Assembly (NCBI GenBank): GCA_003220315.1
Contig: QHSA01000160.1
Span: forward strand, 1 to 61,244
Direction: 5' to 3'
Origin: Candidatus Rokuibacteriota bacterium
GTDB taxonomy: Bacteria; Methylomirabilota; Methylomirabilia; Rokubacteriales; CSP1-6
Length of the DNA stretch: 61,244 bases
The notes under the pieces were generated by a model that was not told where the DNA came from, searched no databases, and saw only the letters and a list, made by a program, of their open reading frames with translations. The translations under genes and the position numbers were made by a program. Below, piece after piece: positions 60,730-61,244 of the stretch. The first letter of the stretch is position 1. Every line of letters starts with the position of its first letter.

Positions 60730-61244
60730 ATGCAAATGATTCGGACTCAAGCGGTAATCTCGCTGGTCTTCGCTCTCCTGCTCATCGCCACTCCCTTGGT
60801 TGCCCATGCGCAGCTCCTCTGGTCCGGCATTCTCGACCCTTCTCGAGCCATCGATTGGTCGAGGACGAACCCGGGCGTTGAGGGCGGAATTCCGAACCGG
60901 ACGTTCATCTGCGCGACACTCAATCCGGGCACCACGTCAGCCCAGATCAACAATGCCATTGCCTCGTGCTCCGGCAACGCGGCGGCGCTCGCTGCGGGCG
61001 GTGGAGTCGTTTTCCTTAATGCCGGCACGTACACCCTAGCGGCGGGCGTCGACTTCAGTGGGCACAGTAATGTCACACTGCGGGGCGCCGGACCTGATCA
61101 GACCATTCTCATCTTCACGGGAGCTGCCTCGTGTTCGGGGCTGGGCGCGGATGTCTGCGTCTGGGATGGGGTCGGGAGCAACCCGGGAGGCAATCTCCCG
61201 AACACCGCCACCTGCACCGCTGGCTGTATTCCGGGTAGCACTGT
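60730..61244 (+). CDS. Secreted beta-helix (pectate-lyase/GH55-like) protein, 3'-truncated by window end
   Basis: Signal peptide ...VAHAQ; DWS..PGVEGGIP, QINNAIASC, VVFLNAGTY, NVTLRGAGPDQT; absent from the ORF track because no stop is reached. Confidence 0.78.
   Translation, partial: MQMIRTQAVISLVFALLLIATPLVAHAQLLWSGILDPSRAIDWSRTNPGVEGGIPNRTFICATLNPGTTSAQINNAIASCSGNAAALAAGGGVVFLNAGTYTLAAGVDFSGHSNVTLRGAGPDQTILIFTGAASCSGLGADVCVWDGVGSNPGGNLPNTATCTAGCIPGST

Overview
GC-rich bacterial chromosomal segment. The gene set resembles Ca. Rokubacteria/Methylomirabilota, which is an inference only. Left part (1 to ~34.6 kb) is mostly core metabolism: a chlorite dismutase/HemQ-family fragment, a satD-DUF3307 pair bracketed by four palindromic boxes, gltBD with a divergent LysR, a CBS protein, korAB behind a structured leader, glcDEF, cupin, lutABC, trxB, nadX, TIGR02757, rmuC, a Na+/solute symporter, an orphan GroES-like gene, an M20 peptidase, MEMO1, a PCYCGC gene with an in-frame UGA plus SECIS-like hairpin (candidate selenoprotein, also frameshifted) and two ThDP enzymes. 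Right part (~34.6-61.2 kb, visibly more A/T in codons and spacers) is a sigma54/c-di-GMP-controlled cell-surface locus. It carries a PEP-CTERM protein, exosortase, PrsT-like TPR lipoprotein, a receiver-less enhancer-binding protein, seven sigma54 promoters, a c-di-GMP-I riboswitch and two tandem Ig/FN3 exported paralogs. It also contains an unusual tailoring cluster: MetA-like, MetY-like, PLP decarboxylase, acyl-CoA synthetase, SDR, adenylation enzyme, ACP, ATP-grasp ligase, two acyltransferases, heme-oxygenase-like diiron enzyme, GNAT and deacetylase-like protein. No rRNA, tRNA, CRISPR array, integrase or transposase was recognised. Family assignments come from motif recognition, not database searches.
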